The notes under the pieces were generated by a model, which worked only from the letters and a program-made list of their open reading frames with translations, did not search any database and was not told the DNA's origin. From the NCBI RefSeq assembly GCF_028641065.1, contig NC_073404.1, positions 18,600,001 to 18,664,000 on the forward strand: a stretch of DNA of 64,000 nucleotides, given 5' to 3'. The stretch comes from Leucoraja erinacea. Its lineage: Eukaryota. The position numbers and the translations under genes are program-made. Positions within the stretch are counted from its first letter, which is position 1; each line of letters begins with the position of its first letter. Below, in pieces: positions 56,937 through 64,000 of this stretch.

Positions 56937-58994
56937 CTAATGAAACAAAATGGTGTGTCACCAGCAACAATGTCTTTTGGTTTAATTGCATTTACACTTT
57001 ATCATATTTACAGCATCTTGAGGGAGTTTCATTGATCTCTAATACAATTTTTATAGCTCATTTATAGGTTTCTATAATGGAGCTGGATTGCATTAAGCTA
57101 GTAAACACTGCAGTGTAATCTTACAGCTATCAAACTATGACAGCTCAGCTTCTAAGAGCTACAAACGGATTAATCAAAATTATGTTGTCTTGGAAATAGA
57201 ATCTGTTAAATTAAGCTCTACTGACTGCTTTGTGTAAATTTGATTATGACCATTCAAGACAATTGGAGTCAGAGATATACACACAAAGTGCTGGAGTAGC
57301 TCAGCGGGACAGGCAGCTTCTCTGGATAAAAGGAATGGGTAACGTTTAGGGTCTTCAAAGGGCCTCGACCCGAAACGTCACCGATTTCATCTATCCAGAG
57401 ATGCTGCCTGTCCCGATGAGTTACTCCAGCATGTCTATCCGTGTCTATCCTCGGTGTAAACCAGCATCTCTAGTTCCTTCCAACATAGTCAGAGAGCACA
57501 GAAGCAGGCACCCTGGCCCACCATATCCATGCCAACCATGACATTCCTATCTGAAACTATCTCATTTGCAGGGATTTGGCCAAGAGTCTGTTATATCTTG
57601 GCAATTCAAGTGCTTGTTCAGGTGCTCTTAAATGTTGAGTATACCCACCCTTCAAACTTCACAAGCAGTGGCATTCCAGATTGCACCCACCCTTTGGTAA
57701 AAAATAAATAAATAAAACATTTTTTTAAAATTGTGTTGTATTTGGAACCCTCTAAACCCCATATTCTTTACTTTAAACCTACACCCTCTGATCAGACATC
57801 TTTGCCATCTGGAAATGTTTTGTATTATTTACCCTATCTATGATATTTTTATATACCTATTGGATCTCCCTTAAGCCTCCTCTGCTTCAGGGAAAACAAA
57901 CAAGGCCCATCCAGTCTCTCCTCTTTACAGAAACGAAATGCAGAAACTGGCCCATCCCAGCCAATAACCTGATGAATCCACTCTGTACCTTTCTAGTGCT
58001 GTTGTGCCTTTCCTATTAGTGTGGAAGTGCAATTTGGGATTAGGATTTCCAGACGTGCAGCTGATCTCATGTCATTACTATGCCCAATTTCTTTAAACTT
58101 GCCAAAAATTATTAGGCAGGGTGGAGAAATACTGCAGAAGTAACATCAATTTGTACTCAGTGATCTTTTGAGATATTACAGATCAACAGTAATGTATCAT
58201 AAGAATTCTTACCCTTCTCTATTCAAATGAATGCATGAGGAACTAGGACAATGATGCATGCAGTCAGCAACTTCACAAAACTTACACATAATTCATTATG
58301 TTTGCTCAAAATGTGGACTGTTGATTAGTTAAAAGATTTAAAAAAGTAGGAATAAACAGATCATTTTAGGGTTTGTGGGCTCTCATTTTGAATTTTACAA
58401 GAATTAGCACCAAAGCCCCAGCTGTTCCTAATCGATATCAATGATGCAGTAAAGGGATCATGTACAATATATCTGAAATTGCTCTTGAAACAATGCTTGG
58501 AGGAGTGCAAATTGAGGAGGATGAAACAGCAAGGATGATATAGGCAGGCAAAGATATGGTAAGATGTGCAGTCATCCACTTCAGAAGCAAAATACAGAAG
58601 TATTCAACGTCTACCAAAAGGTCGACGTAATTTTCTAGCTGGTGTCTAGAACTTAAATAACAGGATGGTCTCTGCCATCAGATAGCAGATATTGATTAGT
58701 GTTTTTACCTACCTTTAAGTTTTCCTCTGCACAAATTTAGCTCAATTACTAGAACATTACTTTTCCAACGCTTGAATAATGAAGAAAGCACAATACGTTT
58801 TTTTTTTAACACCCTCCCCGTCCCACACCCAGGATTCACCAATGCTGAACACTGTCTACGTTAAAGCTGCAAAAGGAACCCAGATTAGTCAAAACATTAC
58901 TGGGCCCAGGGGCTTCTGTATCAACCAACCCCTGGGTTTTCAGCCAAGTCTCACAAAAAAATGCCTTTACAGAAACAAGTATTAAATCATAACA

Positions 58995-60112
58995 TCATAG
59001 AGTGATAGTGTGGAAACAGGCCTTTCGGCCCAACTTGCCCACACCAGCCAACATGTTCTAGCTACACTGGTCCCACCAGTCCAACATATTCTCACTACAC
59101 TAATCCATATCCTTCCAAACCTGTCCTATTCATGTACCTGTCTAACTGTTTCTTAAATGTTGGGATAGTCAACTACCTCCTCTGGCAGATTGTTCCATGC
59201 ACACACCACCCTTTGTGCGGAAAACGTTACACCTCAGATTCCTATTAAATCTTTTCCCCTTCACCTTAAACCTATGTCCTCTGGTCCTCGATTCACCTAC
59301 TCTGGGCAAGAGACTCTGTACATCCACCTGATCTTTTCCTCGCATGATTTTATACACGGCAATAAGATCACACATCATCCTCTTGCGCTCCAAGGAATAG
59401 AGTCCTAGACTACTCAACCTCTCCATATAGCTCAGACCTAGTCCTGGCAACATGCTCATAAATTTTCTCTGTACCCTTTCCAGCTTAACACCTTTCCTAT
59501 AACATGGTGTCCAAAACTGAACACAATACCCTAAATGCAGCCTCACCAACATCTTATACAACTGCACATGACCTCCCAACCTCTATACTCAATACTCTGA
59601 CTGATGAAGGCCCATGTGCCAAAATACTTTTTGACTACCCTCTCTATCTGCGACTCCACCTTCAAGGAACCATGCACCTGCACTCATGGATCCCTCTGCT
59701 CTACAACACTACCCAGAGCCCTGCCTTTCACTGTGTCGATCCTGCCCTTGCAATTCTCGGAATTAAATTCCATCAACCATTCCACATCCTACCTGGTTAC
59801 TTGACTAAGATCCAGCTGCAATTTTTCACAACCATCTTCACTATCTGCAAAACCACCACTTTTGTATCATCTGCAAACTTGCTAATCTTGCCGTGTATTT
59901 TCTCATCCAAATCATTGATATAGATGACAAACACCAATGTGCCCAGCACCAAACCCCGAGGCTCATCACTAGTCAAAGCCACCAACGGAGAAGCAACCTT
60001 CCACCATCACACGCTGCTGCCTTTCATGCAGCCAATTTTCTATCCATCCAGCTATCTCTCCTTAGATCTCCCATGCGATCTAACCTTCCAGAGCAGCCTA
60101 CCTTGCGGATCG
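58995..60112 (-). mobile_element. CR1 LINE 3' fragment
   Basis: YINDLDE..ISKFADDTK and LYKMLVRLHLGYCVQFW..LERVQRKF. Confidence 0.9.
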
Positions 60113-60519
60113 GAACCTTGTTGATTTCTTTGAAGGAATTGAGGAATTCTGTACATACAAGGCGATGTAGTAAAATAAACCATTAGCTACTGAAATAATC
60201 TTTTTCACTTTTCTATTCCATTTAGTATTCATTGGAACAAGCAAGTTTAAGCTAACAAAAATAAAAAATCTATGAGACAATGAGGCTTTACAAAGTTTTA
60301 GCCATTGTGAAGGTTAGTTACTCATTAGGCTGGACATAGAATCAGACCAAGTTGACCCATGCAGTCAGGTTATTCTTTCCAATTCTCGCAAAAACCAAGT
60401 GTTACACAGGGGGATAAAATATGCCAGAAACAGAATACAAAAGATGAAAAACTTACAATGTGATGGAGATGCTAGTTTGAGTTAAAAACTGAGAAAAAAA
60501 ACATTACTTTATTGATTAA

Positions 60520-62115
60520 CCTCGAGATGTTTCTACAACTTGATTGGAGTCCACCAGTGGTAAATTAAATTGATTGGACATGATTTGGAAAGGCATGTCA
60601 GAGCAAAAACCAAGCCATCAAGAAGGATTAATTGTCCGTAGACCTCCGAGACAGGATTGTGTCGAGGCACAGATCTGGGGAAGGGTATAAAACAATTTCT
60701 GCAGCATTGCAGGTCCCGAAGAGCACTGTGGCCTCCGTCATTCTTAAATGGAAGAACTTTGGAACCACCAGGATTCTTCATAGAGCTGGCCGCCCAGCCA
60801 AACTGAGCAATCGGGGGAGAAGGGGCTTGGTCAGGGAGGCGACCAAGAACCCGATGGTCACTCTGACAGAGCTCCAGAGTTCCTCTGTGGAGATGGGAGA
60901 ACCTTCCAGAAGGACAACTATATCTGCAGCACTCCACCAATCAGGCCCTTGTGATCGAGTGTGTAGTGGCCATTTGGCTTGTTTTGTGTGGCATGTGTCT
61001 TTACATTTTAGACTGCCTGTTTAGTTTGGGACCAGCATGGAGAAGGTTTACCCTTTGACCATGCAAAGCGAAACTGAGACACGAGGAGTTTTCTAACCTT
61101 TAATGCAATAATCTGGAATTCGATTAAGATTATAGTGTACGAGTCGAAAGAAGTTTGGATGTACCTTATTGCTTTTCATCAAAAATAAATAATTTATTAA
61201 TCAAAGGGCTGCGTTTTGAAGACTTATCTGTGAAGAAGCTCTGAAGGTCTCGGACGGTGAGCTCACATGCGTATAAAGACATTTCCCTTAACCATGCAGT
61301 CCATTTAGCGGCTAGAGGGAGTAATCTCTTGAACGATATAAAAATCTGCCGCTAGAGAATGGCCAGACGGAAGACACTCCTCAGTTAAAGGCACATGACA
61401 GCCTGCTTGAAGTTTGCCAAAAGGCATGAGAAACAAGATTCCCTGGTTTGATGAAACCAAGATTAAACTCTTTGGCCTGAATGCCAGGCGTCACGTCTGG
61501 AGGAAACCAGGCACCGCTCATCACCTGGCCACGGTGAAGCATGGTGGTGGCAGCATCATGCTGTGGGGATGTTTTTCAGCAGCGGGAACAGGGAGACTAG
61601 CCATGATCGAGGGAAAGATGAATGGAGCAAAGTACAGAGAGATCTTTGATGAAAACCTGCTCCAGAGCATTCTGGACCTCAGACTGGGTCGGAGGTTCAC
61701 CTTCCAACAGGACAACGACCCCAAGCACACAGCCAAGATAACGCAGGAGTGGCTTTATGACAAGTCTGTGTATGTCCTTGAATGGCCCAGCCAGAGCCCG
61801 GACTTGAATCCGATGGAACATCTCTGCAGGGACCTGAAAATAGCTGTGCATCGCCGTTCCCCATCCAATCTGACAGAGCTAGAGAGGATCTGCAAAGAAT
61901 GGAAATTACCCAAATACAGGTGTGCCAAGCTTGTAGCGTCATATCCAAGAAGACTTGAGGCTGTAATCACTGCCAAAGGTGCCTCAAAGTACTTAGTAAA
62001 GAGTCAGAATACTTATGTAAATGTGATATTTCAGTTATTTCTTTGTAATTACTAAGCAAAAAATTATAATCACCTGTTTTTGCTTTTTTATTATGGGGTA
62101 TTGTGTGTAGCATTG
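60520..62115 (+). mobile_element. Tc1 (DD34E) transposon, TIRs truncated, transposase split by a ~400-bp insert
   Basis: LSVDLRDRIVSRHRSGEGYKTIS..GRPAKLS (paired HTH); WFDETK, HGGGSIMLWGCF, QQDNDPKH, WPSQSPDLNPME with 34 residues between the second D and E. Confidence 0.95.
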
Positions 62116-62210
62116 TGGGCAGGGGGGAGGGGGGGGGAGGAAGATAAAGCAAGAGGAAAAGAACTGGAGATGAGACCAGACTAGGATAAATCAGGGACAG
62201 CAACACATGT

Positions 62211-62410
62211 TCAAGAAGGAACTACAGATGCTGAAAAATCGAAGGTAGACAAAAGTGCTGGAGAAACTCAGCGTGTGCGGCAGCATCTATGGAGCGAAGG
62301 AAATAGGCAAAATTTCGGGTCGAAACCCTTCTTTCGGCCTGAAACGTTGCCTATCTCCTTCGCTCCATAGATGCTGCCGCACCCGCTGAGTTTCTCCACC
62401 ACTTTTGTCT
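62211..62410. mobile_element. Penelope-derived fold-back insertion with 14-bp flanking duplication
   Basis: ACAGCAACACATGT at 62197-62210 and 62411-62424; ~80-bp inverted arms (62245-62325 vs 62333-62412). Confidence 0.8.
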
Positions 62411-64000
62411 ACAGCAACACATGTCCTCAGGCAGGGTGGTTCCCTGATACGCCTATTTTTGGTTTGGGAAGGTATGATCTCGAGGGATATATTATTGCAA
62501 ACTGTGGAATTGGTTGGACAAATAGGTGGAGGTAGGAGAGAGGGGAGTGTTTGTAGATGTTACCCCTGGCAACCACTCTGCCAGAGATCATCGGTTGCCG
62601 GTCTTAATTTTCTTGGTCTTTTCTCAACTCCCCAGTTACCCCCCCCCCCCCCCCACTTTCATTTTGAAGAAAGGTCCTAACCCAAAATGGCACATATCCA
62701 TTTTCTCCAGAGGCTCTGCTGCGTTATTACTATGTATCTATCTTTTATATAGAGATTATACGAGTTGTGTGGTTCATTGAACATGCTGCAAAAATTCCAA
62801 TTAGATAAAATACTCCTGTAAATCCTTTTGCTGTCCTTGATTCAGCTGTCTCTCAATGGTGATTTTTTACATATTGCCCCTCAATTTCAATATTTTCACC
62901 AGTACTATTGATATGTTCAATGCCTTTTTTTTTTTACCCCAAGATAGGAATTAGGATACATGTTCTCCTTATTTGCCCACAAAATCTGCCAGCCTACCCA
63001 GCGTTACCCTGGAATTCCCCAAGTTGATATATGCATGCCTTCCTCTTACAAGAGTAAAATCTCAGCTGGGATGCATTCCATTGTCACCTTCCAAAACGCT
63101 CTTTGAAATTGTAATTCATGCCAGCTTCCGACAAGCACAGTCCTTGGCACCGGTGAGCCTCAAGGACCCAGGCACATCCTCAACCACAACCTCTGCAGTA
63201 CTTTCTCCAAGTTACCAGGCTGATGTCATCAGAAATAGTCCTTTTTAGGAGTTGCAGCTAGTGCTGGGGACTTCACTATCTTCACTGCTTAAGTTGATTG
63301 AAATGGGGAGACTGTCATATTATTGTATGTTACATTCGACAAGACAGGGAATTCAGCACAATACTACATTGTCGGCAAGAGTAAAAACTGACCCTACCTG
63401 AGCCACCGCTAGAGAGTTCCATCAGGTATATGCCTTATTTAATTTTCATTATGGAGATTACTACCATCTTTAATCCACACGACACATCACTGTTGATATC
63501 TTCATTTCAATCCAACTCCTGATCAACCACTACCACCTCATCCATTCCTTCATTCCTAAATTGCCCATCTCCTTCCCCAAACAATCTACAAGACATGCCC
63601 TCCCCTGGCCTCAACACAACTCTATCACACCACCCAATCTCACCATTTGCGATCTCATCTTGAAGGGTTTCAACACGAAACATCACCTATTCCTGTTCTC
63701 CAGGGATGCTGCCTGACCCGCTGAGTTACTCCAGCTTTTATTGTCTATCTTCATCGCCTTACATGCTGCACATTTCCCTTACTCCACTCACTGCACTGAA
63801 ATCACATCACCTCTCCCTTCACAATCCATCACCACACTTTCCCTAAATAATGCTTCATTGCTTCCCAAACTTAATTTGTCCTCGACCCTCCCAACCTCCC
63901 ATTCCAAATCCACTCTGTGAAAGTCTCCCTTTCCACATCATAATCCTATCTTCAACATGTCATTCGTAATTAACCCACACTACTCAAAAGATTTGCATCA

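Noticed and set aside
62973-63248. Ser/Thr-rich 91-aa ORF as a possible POM121 exon
   Set aside because: Wrong strand for POM121, no FG motifs, no convincing splice sites; probably an old repeat.

Overview
Vertebrate genomic DNA, most likely a cartilaginous fish (skate/ray), inferred from the repeat complement: HE1-like tRNA SINEs, CR1, Penelope-derived short repeats. The window covers the block syntenic to the human Williams-Beuren region. It holds the CpG-island 5' end of a minus-strand gene at the left edge (possibly FKBP6, by synteny only), a complete 6-coding-exon TRIM50 (minus, 475 aa), a complete 10-exon NSUN5 (plus, 479 aa) and the last three exons of POM121 (minus). Introns are filled with CR1, L2, Rex/Babar, Penelope, Tc1 and SINE fragments. 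The standout observation is a ~130-137 bp retroposon family with three copies, each flanked by an 11-13 bp target-site duplication and ending in a (GAA)n tail. Its first 53-54 nt fold by eye into a minimal, P4-less HDV/CPEB3-type self-cleaving ribozyme, with the predicted cleavage site at the element's 5' boundary. All three copies lie in sense orientation in NSUN5 or POM121 introns. The window also contains a rearranged Vingi/Ingi-like LINE piece with a covarying larger version of the same ribozyme and a near-identical 3' tail, which points to the probable mobilising partner. All structures were derived by hand; no database searches or folding programs were run.
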